Shown here piece after piece: positions 21,647-31,363 of a DNA stretch of 64,000 nt. The stretch lies in the NCBI GenBank assembly GCA_963786955.1, contig CAWBAT010000004.1:608001-672000 (forward strand), read 5' to 3'. The stretch's first letter is position 1; each line of letters begins with the position of its first letter. Under the pieces are notes generated by a model. It ran no database searches. It was given only the letters and a program-made list of their open reading frames with translations, and was not told where the DNA came from. The DNA comes from an uncultured Acidimicrobiia bacterium. GTDB taxonomy: Bacteria > Acidobacteriota > Terriglobia > Versatilivoradales > Versatilivoraceae. Position numbers and translations under genes: made by a program.

Positions 21647-23031
21647 ACAACCTGAACGTCTTGATTCTAGCGGCGGGGAAAGGTACACGGCTAAAATCTA
21701 ACCTCCCAAAAGTCCTTCATGCTCTCTCCGGCAAGCCGCTCATTGAATATGTCCTCGCTGCGGCACAATCCCTAGCCCCTCGAAAGATCGGTGTGGTAGT
21801 CGGCTACGAAGCGGAACGTGTTAAAGCACAGCTGGCAGGGCACACTCTTGAATTTGTAGTCCAAGACCCTCAACTGGGTACCGGACACGCCGTGCAGATA
21901 GCCCGGCCTTTCTGGGAAGATGAACCGGGCACTCTGATGCTTCTCTCAGGGGATGTCCCTTTGATTGCCGCCAGTACCCTTTCAGCACTGGCGATGCACC
22001 ATGCCAGCTCAAGATATAGTTGCACAATGCTCTCCACTCTTCTGCCCGATCCGGCGGGTTATGGCCGTGTTCTGAGGAATCCGGCGGGGGAGGTAGAACG
22101 CATTGTCGAGCAGCGCGACGCTTCCCCTCAGGAATTGAAGATCCAGGAAGTGAACACCGGAATCTATTGTTTCGAAACAACCGCCCTGGTACAAATCATC
22201 GACGAACTGACTTGCAAGAACTCTCAAACGGAATACTACCTGACTGACTGTGTCGAACTTTTGAAGAAGAAGAAGTTGCGCGTCGGGGTTGTGATTTGTG
22301 AAGATCCTCGAGAGGTCAGTGGGATCAATAGCCGAGCCGAACTGGCCCAAATGGAAGGCCTGCTCCGAGAACGAAAATTGAAGCAGCTAATGGCCGACGG
22401 GGTCACAATCTTGGACCCTTTATCCACTTATGTCGATCAAGATGTAGTGGTGGGGAAGGACACAATTCTCTACCCCAACGTTCTTCTCGAAAAAAAAACG
22501 GTCATTGGCTCCGATTGCGTGGTCTATCCCAACGTCCGGATTTCCGCGTCCACTCTAGAGGACAATGTGACCGTATTGGATTCCTGCCTCATCTCTGAAA
22601 GCCGCGTCCGGTCAGGGTCTCAGATAGGCCCGTTTGCGCACCTGAAGAACCACACGGATATCGGCAAGCAGGTTCGCATCGGAAACTTTGTCGAAATCAA
22701 GAAATCGGTCGTTGGCGATAAATCCAAAGCCGCTCATTTGAGTTATCTGGGCGATGCAGAAATTGGGCGTGGCGTAAACATCGGGGCCGGAACCATAACA
22801 TGCAACTACGATGGCTTCCAGAAACACAAAACCACGATCGAAGACGGTGTTTTTATCGGCAGTGACTCTCAGTTGATCGCACCGGTAACTGTCAAGAAGG
22901 GGGCTTACGTCGCAGCCGGCTCTACAGTTACACGAGATGTCCCGGAGGATGCTTTGGCGATCGCGCGCAGCCCCCAGGAAAACAAAGAGGGTTGGGCTAA
23001 AATTAAGCGACAATCGAAATTGAAGGAGTAA
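21643..23031 (+). CDS. glmU: bifunctional UDP-GlcNAc pyrophosphorylase/acetyltransferase
   Basis: [22 protein letters not shown], hexapeptide repeats, ITCNYDG. Confidence 0.97.
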   Translation: MNNLNVLILAAGKGTRLKSNLPKVLHALSGKPLIEYVLAAAQSLAPRKIGVVVGYEAERVKAQLAGHTLEFVVQDPQLGTGHAVQIARPFWEDEPGTLMLLSGDVPLIAASTLSALAMHHASSRYSCTMLSTLLPDPAGYGRVLRNPAGEVERIVEQRDASPQELKIQEVNTGIYCFETTALVQIIDELTCKNSQTEYYLTDCVELLKKKKLRVGVVICEDPREVSGINSRAELAQMEGLLRERKLKQLMADGVTILDPLSTYVDQDVVVGKDTILYPNVLLEKKTVIGSDCVVYPNVRISASTLEDNVTVLDSCLISESRVRSGSQIGPFAHLKNHTDIGKQVRIGNFVEIKKSVVGDKSKAAHLSYLGDAEIGRGVNIGAGTITCNYDGFQKHKTTIEDGVFIGSDSQLIAPVTVKKGAYVAAGSTVTRDVPEDALAIARSPQENKEGWAKIKRQSKLKE

Positions 23032-23036
23032 ATCAC

Positions 23037-24890
23037 GTGTGTGGAATCGTGGGTTACCTTGGACAAAAACCCGTTGTGCCGGTGTTGATTGAAGGGCTCA
23101 AGAAGATGGAATATCGCGGTTATGACTCTGCGGGCATTGCAGTGGTTGACGGGAACCAGCTTCATGTGCGCCGAGCTTCCGGAAAATTGAGAAATCTGGA
23201 AGAAGTGCTCCGCCAGAATCCTTGCACCGGAACTTACGGGATCGGTCATACACGCTGGGCAACTCACGGCCGCCCTACCGAGGAAAATGCTCATCCGCAT
23301 CGGGATTGCAAAGGACAGATCGTCGTGGTTCATAACGGGATCGTCGAGAACTATCTGGCCTTAAAGAAAATGCTGGCGGCTGAAGGGCACACCTTTGTGA
23401 CCGAAACGGATACCGAAGTAATTGCCCATCTCGTTGAAAAACACTTCACCGGATCCCTAGAACAGGCGGTCCGCAAAACCTTGCATGAAATTACCGGAAT
23501 TTATGCCGTCGTGATCATTTCTGTCAACGATCCAGAAAAGTTGATAGCGGCACGCTGTGGGCCCCCTATCGTGGTAGGACTGGGAGAGAATGAATCTTTT
23601 GTTGCCTCAGATATCCCCGGCATTCTGGCGCACACGCGCGACGTCGTTTTCCTGGCCGATCACGAAATGGCCGTGATTACCCCTCAGAAGGTTGAAATCA
23701 CGACTCTGGACGGCACACCGGTCAGCCTAAAGCCTCAGCGAATAACTTGGGACCCCATCATGGCTGAGAAGGGCGGCTTCAAGCATTTTATGCTCAAGGA
23801 AATTTACGAGCAGCCGCGAGCTGTCCGAGACACGACCCTCGCCAGGATTTCGAGAGATACGGGAAAAGTCTTTCTCGAGGAAATGAAAATCTCGGAAGAG
23901 GAATTCCAGCAATTTGGAACATGTGCGCATTCTGGCTTGTGGCACGAGTTGGCACGCTGCGCTAGCTGGAAAATTCATGGTCGAAAGTCTGGCTCGCTTG
24001 CCGGTAGAGGTCGACTATGGCTCGGAATATCGATATCAGGGAGCCGGTCGTTCCTAAGAATACGCTGGCGGTGGTGGTGACCCAATCCGGAGAAACAGCC
24101 GACACGTTGGCAGCCCAACGTGAGATCAAAGAAAAAGGGGCTTACAACATTGCCATCTGTAATGTTGTCGGAAGCATGGTTACGCGCGAAGCGGATGGAG
24201 TATTTACACTAATGCCGGTCCAGAAATCGGTGTGGCCGCAACTAAGAGCTTTACTTCGCAGCTTACCGCACTTATATCTGCTGGCCCTTGTTTTTGGCGG
24301 ATGTGAGGAAAACGCTAACTCACGAACAAATCCAAGGATACATTGAGGACCTCACGAAAATTCCCCAGAAGATTGAATCGATTTTCGGGAAAATGGAATA
24401 TCTTGAAGAACTATCTAAGAGTTTTTTCCGCTCGTCAAATTTCCTTTACCTGGGACGAGGGATTCATTACCCGGTTGCCCTCGAAGGCGCCCTTAAATTA
24501 AAGGAGATTTCTTACATCCATGCAGAGGGCTATCCTGCCGGAGAAATGAAACATGGCCCGAATGCACTGATTGACGAGACTTTGCCAGTGGTCGTCATTG
24601 CTACCAGTAACATCAACAACCCGAAGTCGACCCAGCTTTACGAAAAAACACTAAGTAATATCAAAGAAGTCAAGGCGCGAGATGGCATCGTGATCTCCGT
24701 CGTCACCCCCTTCAATAAAGAAGCCATTGAGGCTTCGGACTATCATATTGAAATTCCACCATCCAATGACCTTCTTTTACCCATCTTAGAGATTATTCCC
24801 CTGCAGTTGCTTTCTTACTTCATAGCGGTCCGTCGAGGCTGTGACGTTGACCAACCCCGTAACCTGGCTAAGAGCGTGACCGTAGAATAA
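23037..24890 (+). CDS. glmS: glutamine-fructose-6-phosphate aminotransferase, several frameshifts in 23910-24300
   Basis: [20 protein letters not shown] (off-frame), [30 protein letters not shown]. Confidence 0.95.
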
Positions 24891-25029
24891 GAAATCTGTC
24901 AACTGGCAATAGGTCGAAGAACGTTTATTGACCGCTCAAGACTCTTAGGAATGTTATACTGCAGGGGGTTTGTGTGCCAAGAGTCCTAAAACTAAGACGA
25001 TCCTGAACGCAACTTACCGAATGCACTAT

Positions 25030-25106
25030 GGGCCTGTAGCTCAGAAGGATAGAGCAGCGGTTTCCTAAACCGTTGGTCGGGGGTTCGATTCCCTCCAGGC
25101 CTACCA
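25030..25106 (+). tRNA. tRNA-Arg(CCT)
   Basis: GGGCCTG/CAGGCCT acceptor stem, anticodon arm GCGGT-TTCCTAA-ACCGT, GGTTCGATT T-loop, encoded CCA. Confidence 0.97.
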
Positions 25107-25392
25107 TACTTCTCCAAAAGCCGATATTTTCTGCTGTTTGACCGCTCCCGATGTTGCCTGATATTGTCCTCGCTAACTGGCAGAAGCGTTAACCCGCCAA
25201 CACTTAATAGTGATTGTATTGTTTCCATGACCTCGATAAAGTGGCGTCATGTCTCGGTCATTGCAGCATCTCGCGATCGAAATAGTCTGAAGTAGCTAAG
25301 AGGAGAGACTTCAGATGGATACCCATAGCGAATGGAATGGCATCGACGATTCGCTTCAAGTGGCTTCTAATACCTTTTCTAGGAGGCATCAT

Positions 25393-27432
25393 ATGAAGAG
25401 GCGGAAATTCATGAAGACCTCGCTGCTGGCAGCCGGGTCAGCCCTGTTGCCTGCCAGTTGCACCAGTAAGAAAGAGACAGACCAGCCAAACTCCTTTTTT
25501 CAATCGTACGACGTGCCGCAGCAGTTGCCACCCGGCAAGCTCAAGGTCCAATACATCCGTGAAGAGATTCCAGCCTTTGAAGTCGCTGCTGTACGAGGGC
25601 TTCGGTACGAAGATAGCGTGCCCGATACGCTGGACATTGCCGAGCGGGCCAAATTGGGCATCAACAGTCTGACTTCGATAGGAGACGTCAACGCCGATCA
25701 GGAGATTTACTGGCTTGCCGATTTCTTCCGGAACCCACCGATCATGGTTCACAACTTCAACGACTGGGTTCAGCTTGTCGAAGGAATGATGGAGGCATTG
25801 CTGCTAGTCCGTATCGCTACCGGGAGCAGCCAGAATTCACACATCGATCCCGTCTGGATGGAGGTGCTGCTCAAAACAATTGGTCCAGACGGACTGGTTT
25901 ATGTCCCGATGAAAGGACGCCCTTGGAGCCTATTGAGTGTCCCAAAATCTTATCTCGACCCGGTCTGGACCGCGGACGGAAGGGCAATGGGGATTCAGGA
26001 AAATTCCGTCGCCCAAGTAGGTAGTGTCTATACTTGCCAGCGGGCAATCGCCACGATGGCCCTCTACTACGCGCACGACAAGAACCCCATGTGGAAATCG
26101 GCCAATGAAAAAATGATTCAGCGTCTGAAGGAGCTTGTTGTGGACCGCGGCGATTACGCCTATTTCCGGAGCGGAGGATTGGAGACTTACGGGAAGTATG
26201 GAGCTGAATTGCCCATGCCCGCCGGTTTCATCGCTGAAGAGAGTAGCGGCCGGATGATTCAGGGACTTGCACAATTTTATCGGGCTACGGGCTACGAACC
26301 CGCTCGGGAGTTGGCCGGCAAACTCGCCAACTATATCCGCTTGCATGCCCAGTACTACGAGCCCGATGGCCGCTGGTTAGTCGGTCCGGACGAGCGGCAA
26401 TGGTGGCTGAAAAGATGGAATGTGAAAGATTTGGTCCACGGCGGGCATGGGCACGCTCATGCCCTGGGATTGTTAAGCACACTTGAGTATGCCAGCGTCG
26501 TAGGAGACCAGGAGTTAATTGAATTCGTGCGAGGCGGCTACGAGTGGGCCAAAGCAAATAGCTCGCCGATCGTTGGCTTTTTTCCCGAAGCATTCTTGCC
26601 GGGCTATGACCGTTGCGAGGCCGACACTATTGCCGACATGATCGCGATCGCATTAAAGCTGACGAAGGCAGGAGCAGCTGACTACTGGGATGATGCCGAC
26701 CGGTGGATTCGCAACCATTTTAGTGAGTCCCAATTGACGAGCGTAGATTGGGTCTACCGCCTCGCCGACCGATCTCCGCGTAAAGCAGTGGCTTGGAATG
26801 AAACGGGAGACCATGTCCCGGAACGGAATATGGGCGCCTTTGCGGGCCTTTCGACCGGCAATGACTTCAATGTCTTTATCCCTGACCGTGATTCCTCCTC
26901 AATTGTCCATTGTTGTACAGGTAACTCAATGCGAACGCTGTATTACATCTGGGAGAATATGGTGGACTTCAATGATGAAACCTTCCGGGTAAACCTGCTC
27001 TTGAACCGGGCTTCCCCATGGGCCGACGTTTACAGCCATATTCCGTATCAGGGGTATATCGAAGTCAAGCTGAAGAAGCCTGTAAAGAAAGTCCTGGTAA
27101 GAGCTCCGGAGTGGATTAATGCACATAGCCCTGATATCGTGATCCGGAACAATGGACAGCCACGGCAAAGTCACTGGGAGGGCCGTTATCTGAACCTGGG
27201 CAGTGCGCGCCCCGGGGAGCTTGTTTCCCTCAGTTTCCCGATTTTTCAACGTAGCACAAAAGAGACCATCGGGAACACTCCCTATACGTTAAGCCTCAAG
27301 GGCAACACAGTCGTCAGCATTGATCCTCCGGGCGTTAATGGACCTCTATACCAAAGAAACTACTACTTGGCCCAAAAGGCGCCTTCGCGCAAGGTTGAAC
27401 GCTTCATTCCAGAAGAGTCCATTACCTGGTAG
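25393..27432 (+). CDS. Tat-exported lipoprotein, GH127/GH146-like (alpha/alpha)6 glycosidase
   Basis: AGGAGG RBS, MKRRKFMK twin-Arg, LPASC lipobox, HCCTGN, VRAPEW, C-terminal beta domains. Confidence 0.65.
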   Translation: MKRRKFMKTSLLAAGSALLPASCTSKKETDQPNSFFQSYDVPQQLPPGKLKVQYIREEIPAFEVAAVRGLRYEDSVPDTLDIAERAKLGINSLTSIGDVNADQEIYWLADFFRNPPIMVHNFNDWVQLVEGMMEALLLVRIATGSSQNSHIDPVWMEVLLKTIGPDGLVYVPMKGRPWSLLSVPKSYLDPVWTADGRAMGIQENSVAQVGSVYTCQRAIATMALYYAHDKNPMWKSANEKMIQRLKELVVDRGDYAYFRSGGLETYGKYGAELPMPAGFIAEESSGRMIQGLAQFYRATGYEPARELAGKLANYIRLHAQYYEPDGRWLVGPDERQWWLKRWNVKDLVHGGHGHAHALGLLSTLEYASVVGDQELIEFVRGGYEWAKANSSPIVGFFPEAFLPGYDRCEADTIADMIAIALKLTKAGAADYWDDADRWIRNHFSESQLTSVDWVYRLADRSPRKAVAWNETGDHVPERNMGAFAGLSTGNDFNVFIPDRDSSSIVHCCTGNSMRTLYYIWENMVDFNDETFRVNLLLNRASPWADVYSHIPYQGYIEVKLKKPVKKVLVRAPEWINAHSPDIVIRNNGQPRQSHWEGRYLNLGSARPGELVSLSFPIFQRSTKETIGNTPYTLSLKGNTVVSIDPPGVNGPLYQRNYYLAQKAPSRKVERFIPEESITW

Positions 27433-27542
27433 TCTCATTGCCGCAAACCCGATCTTGACGGTACGGTCAATCGAGACAGGACTAATCGGTCCAATCGAGT
27501 AACAGAAGTCCTATCCAACCTTCAATTCAGGAGATCCGGGTT

Positions 27543-28436
27543 ATGAAACTGACGGTCACGCTGGCGTCTTTTTGGATGTTGTTCTGGGGTTCTCTAATCT
27601 TGACAGCCGGAGAGGAGCCCCATCGTCACCGCATTTTGCTGGCACAGTATCAGGGTCCCGGTGGAAACCGGCTCATCGAAGTCTCAGCCGATGGGAAGTT
27701 GACATGGGAGCACAAAGTTCCCAGTCTCTGTGTCATCTTCCAGGTGCTGCCCGACCATCATCTTGTTTACGGATATGGAGGAACACCCACTGGCGTCCAG
27801 GAAATTGATCGTGAGCAGAAGGTTGTCTGGAATTATGTCAGTCACTCTCCGCAGGTCCTGGGTTGCGAACGCCTGCCCAACGGCAACACCCTACTTGCTG
27901 AGCAGGGACCGAGTCAGGCGGTGGAAGTAACTCCTCGTGGAGACGTCGTCTCGACTGTGCCATTGCCTACAAGTGAGAAGCCCTACCATCGACAAATCAG
28001 AAATATCCACAAGCTGAGCAACGGTCATATTCTGGCCGCCATCGAGGCGGAGGGAGCCGCTCGAGAGGTCGATGCAGACGGAAAGGTCGTGTGGGAATAT
28101 ACTGGCCTCGCGGATGTTTTTGAAGCCCTGCGTCTCGCCAATGGCAATACCCTCATAGCTTGCGGAACACAGCGCCGAGTCATTGAAGTGACACCTGACC
28201 GTCGTGTAGTCTGGGAGCTGACCGCTCAGGACGTCCCCGAGTTGAATCTCACTTGGATCACCAGCCTGCAAGAATTGGGCAATGGCAATTGGGTCATTGG
28301 AAACTTTCTGCGCGGCCAGGAAGGGAAAGGAGCACACGCTTTCGAAATTACTCGCGACAAGAAAGTCGTCTGGAAATTCGTCGACCATGAGATGGTGAGG
28401 TCGGCAACTATGGTCCGTGTGCTGGATGAAGAGTGA
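27543..28436 (+). CDS. secreted beta-propeller protein (PQQ-like/arylsulfotransferase-like repeats)
   Basis: Signal peptide; repeated L.NGNTL.A...EV..dGKVVW units. Confidence 0.8.
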   Translation: MKLTVTLASFWMLFWGSLILTAGEEPHRHRILLAQYQGPGGNRLIEVSADGKLTWEHKVPSLCVIFQVLPDHHLVYGYGGTPTGVQEIDREQKVVWNYVSHSPQVLGCERLPNGNTLLAEQGPSQAVEVTPRGDVVSTVPLPTSEKPYHRQIRNIHKLSNGHILAAIEAEGAAREVDADGKVVWEYTGLADVFEALRLANGNTLIACGTQRRVIEVTPDRRVVWELTAQDVPELNLTWITSLQELGNGNWVIGNFLRGQEGKGAHAFEITRDKKVVWKFVDHEMVRSATMVRVLDEE

Positions 28437-28571
28437 GATATCTTGCTGCGCAGAGATTGTAAAACATTTCTCGATTATGGAATGGGCGTGCTAAAAGCCT
28501 TCCGTCTCAAGGACTCCCCAGTTCTTGCGTAAATGATTGATAAGCTTGCCATCAGTGAACACCCAGTGGGG

Positions 28572-28588
28572 TTGGCAGCGGTCTTGCA
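28572..28588 (+). promoter_or_regulatory. candidate sigma54 (-24/-12) promoter
   Basis: TTGGCAGCGGTCTTGCA = GG-N10-GC. Confidence 0.45.
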
Positions 28589-28710
28589 CTCTAACCAGAC
28601 GTACACATTGGTTATTTTCACCACGGGAAGGCCAAGGGTGGAAATCCGGACGAAAGATTTCTCAACTTAGCGTTTCTGCGGGGGAAAAAATTAAACAGAG
28701 GGTGACTTAC

Positions 28711-29034
28711 ATGGAAGACTTCGAAGGTTTCAGAAAGGTCGTTGAGGAACAACTTCGACGCGTCGAGTTCTCATCACGTCAGCTGGAGAGCAGCTTCATG
28801 GAATTTCAGGGGACCTTTGGTCTGGTTCTGCGGTCAAGTTTTGTTGATCAAGGTGCAAAAGAACTGCTTCAGGACTCTTTTCTGCGATTAGAGGATCGAT
28901 TGAAGAACGAGCTCATTAATAATGAAGAGAGTTACACTAGTCTGAAGAACTGGTTTTCATTTTATATGAACATCCCGATCTCTGAAATCGATGACGGGTC
29001 TGCCGACAGGTTTCAGGCTTCAAGCGGTCGATGA
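28711..29034 (+). CDS. hypothetical acidic helical protein (107 aa)
   Basis: GAGGGTG RBS-like sequence before ATG; no recognised motif. Confidence 0.5.
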   Translation: MEDFEGFRKVVEEQLRRVEFSSRQLESSFMEFQGTFGLVLRSSFVDQGAKELLQDSFLRLEDRLKNELINNEESYTSLKNWFSFYMNIPISEIDDGSADRFQASSGR

Positions 29035-29179
29035 GAAAGCATCTTGACTCTGAGTGAACCAACTGGATAATCCACAAATCCAGAGAGGTTGTTTGTCCCC
29101 ACAGGCCTTATCTCAAGAGAGGTTCCCCGATTCAAGCCCCTGGCCTCTTCATTAGTTCATTGACAGCGAATTCTTGCTT

Positions 29180-30343
29180 TTACTTTTGATCTTTATTGGC
29201 GAGAGCCACTGCCAACCGCTCGAGGCCTTCAGCGAGCAGAGAACGGGGACATCCGAAATTCAAGCGGACAAACCCTTCCCCTCCCGGTCCAAATCTCTTG
29301 CCGTCATTGAGAGCGACGCGACCATATTTCAAAAAGAATTGGGCCGGGTTACAAGGAAGATTGGCATCTCGGCAATCAAGCCAGGCCAGAAATGTCGCTT
29401 CTGGCTTCGTCATAGCAAGACTGGGCATTCGTTCAAGGACAAAGTTCCACACAAAATCCCGATTCGCCTCCAAATAGTGGATGAGGCTTTCAAGCCAAGC
29501 CTGGCCCTCCTGATAGGCTGCTTGGGCAGCAACGTATGCCATCACATTGGACACAGGAACCATGCCACTACGGGCAGCTTCAAACCTGCGACGTAATTCC
29601 ATATCCGGGATGATCGCGAAAGCAAACTCCAATCCCGCTAGATTGAATGTCTTACTAGGAGACATTAGCGTAAAGGTTTGGCGTGCAATTTCAGGACTCA
29701 GAGAAGCTAGAGGGATATGTTGATGCCCTCCGAAAACGAGATCGCAATGAATTTCATCGGAAATGATGGGCACACGGTTGCGCAAACAGACCTCTGCCAA
29801 AGCCTCTAGCTCATCCCTTTGGAAAGCACGTCCAACAGGGTTATGGGGATTGCAGAAAAGGAAGCTGCACGTTTGCGGACCCACTGCCCTCTTGAACGCA
29901 TCTAGATCGACACGATAGGAACCTTCGCGTTGGCGGGAAAGTTCCACGATCCTTGTATTCATCCCTGAATGGCTGGCTGCTTTAAAGAATGGCGGGTAAA
30001 CCGGAGTTTGAATCAATACTTCGCTATGGGCTTTACTGAGGGAGCGATTAGCGAGATTGAATCCCGGCACCACCCCCGGTGTGAAGACGATGGCTTCTGC
30101 GGGAACAGCCCAATGGTAAAGACGGTTCAGTCTTTCTTGGATTACTTCAATCAACGCTGCGGGACGCTTGCCGTAACCAAAAATTCCATGGGCCACACGA
30201 TCTTGCATTGATTGCAAAACCGCCGGAGGAGCGGGAAAGTCCATATCGGCAATCCACATCGGCAAGACATCCGGTTCATAGGTCCCCCACTTCACACTGT
30301 CACTTGTGCGGCGGTCGATGCGTCGATCAAAGTCCCAAAGCAT
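29180..30343 (-). CDS. MalY/PatB family PLP-dependent C-S lyase
   Basis: SVKW, LPMWIADMDF, CNPHNPVGR, SDEIH, SPSKTFNLAGL, RLNFGCP. Confidence 0.92.
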   Translation of the reverse strand: MLWDFDRRIDRRTSDSVKWGTYEPDVLPMWIADMDFPAPPAVLQSMQDRVAHGIFGYGKRPAALIEVIQERLNRLYHWAVPAEAIVFTPGVVPGFNLANRSLSKAHSEVLIQTPVYPPFFKAASHSGMNTRIVELSRQREGSYRVDLDAFKRAVGPQTCSFLFCNPHNPVGRAFQRDELEALAEVCLRNRVPIISDEIHCDLVFGGHQHIPLASLSPEIARQTFTLMSPSKTFNLAGLEFAFAIIPDMELRRRFEAARSGMVPVSNVMAYVAAQAAYQEGQAWLESLIHYLEANRDFVWNFVLERMPSLAMTKPEATFLAWLDCRDANLPCNPAQFFLKYGRVALNDGKRFGPGGEGFVRLNFGCPRSLLAEGLERLAVALANKDQK

Positions 30344-30368
30344 ATTGATCCAGACTCTCGCTATTATC

Positions 30369-30445
30369 GTGCGGGCCTCTGGCCTGCACATCGAGAATTG
30401 TGGTGCGGGCCTCTGGCCTGCACAAGTGATGCAGGCGGGCCGCAT
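30369..30445. repeat. REP cluster (GTGG-footed family A) downstream of the RAYT
   Basis: Two GTGCGGGCCTCTGGCCTGCAC hairpins plus one partial copy. Confidence 0.85.
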
Positions 30446-30469
30446 ACATCATAAGGTTTAACACAACTT

Positions 30470-31120
30470 TTAAGGTGTTTTCTCAATCGCCGATTTGTTC
30501 CCCACCCTTTTAAACTGCGCGCTGCTCCATGGCCAAGCCTCTGAAACCTTGCACAGGCCAGCAACCACGGGGTTATCTTCAACGTACCTTACGAAGGCTT
30601 CAAAGTGCGCACTAGATCGTATTAAGTGATCGAAGGATTCGCGCTCCCATAGAATTCCACTGCGACTCATTACTTTGTTGACCTTGTGCGCGGAGAACGA
30701 TTTCCATGTTTGTAGAATCCTAGATGGGTCATGCAGTGCAAATGGTGTAAATACACAATGAACATGATTTGGCATGATAACCCATGCCGCCATGAAATAT
30801 CGCTCACCATCAAAATGGCGAATCGTATCCTGAACTATCTGAGCAATTTCGGGTCGAGCTAGCAGACAACAGCCAAGACGAAGCGGAGGTTCGCAACGCT
30901 CAGCGACGATTTGTGGTGCAGGCGTCTCGCCGGCATCCTCGGTGGCACAATTTCGCTCTGAGACACACTCATCCTTTTTTTTGGAGGCTACAGCATCCCA
31001 TAACCGAAAGGTAACAAAATAGGACCCACCTTCTTTAAATAGGTGTGGTAATTCTCCCCGAGAACGTGGCTGAACAAATGGGGTCGCTCGCGGGTTAACA
31101 AAATCGAATCTGGTATTCAC
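30470..31120 (-). mobile_element. REP-associated tyrosine transposase (RAYT, HUH Y1 family)
   Basis: LPH..G.YFVTFRL, VIMPNHVH (HUH), WKSFSA, LWERESFDH.IR, YV..NPV.AGL; flanked by REPs. Confidence 0.92.
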
Positions 31121-31151
31121 AACTTTCTACCTCAATAGGCTACGTGCAGCC

Positions 31152-31363
31152 TCGACACCAGTTTCGGGCAGGCGGGACGCCTGCACCACAAGAGGTCACT
31201 CTATCCTGATGGTTCCTTGGCGGTAACCAATCTTAACCACGCATGTGCTGCAGAAATCGACACCACCCTCGGGCAGGCGGGACGCCTGCACCACCAGAGG
31301 TCACTCTATCCTGATGGTTCCTTGGCGGTAATCGATCTTGACAACTCGTTTACTGTAAAAATC
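31152..31363. repeat. 105-bp-period duplication of a REP plus the 3' end of the protease gene
   Basis: GGGCAGGCGGGACGCCTGCACCAC-AGAGGTCACTCTATCCTGATGGTTCCTTGGCGGTAA occurs twice. Confidence 0.9.

Noticed and set aside
23910-24300. Programmed frameshifting in glmS
   Set aside because: Multiple indels in both directions, with no slippery site plus stimulatory structure evident.
25107-29150. Integrative element at tRNA-Arg
   Set aside because: No integrase; the only att-like match (CCCCACAGGCCT near 29097) is too short and degenerate.
31196-31363. Diversity-generating retroelement TR/VR pair
   Set aside because: Differences are not adenine-specific and there is no reverse transcriptase in the window.
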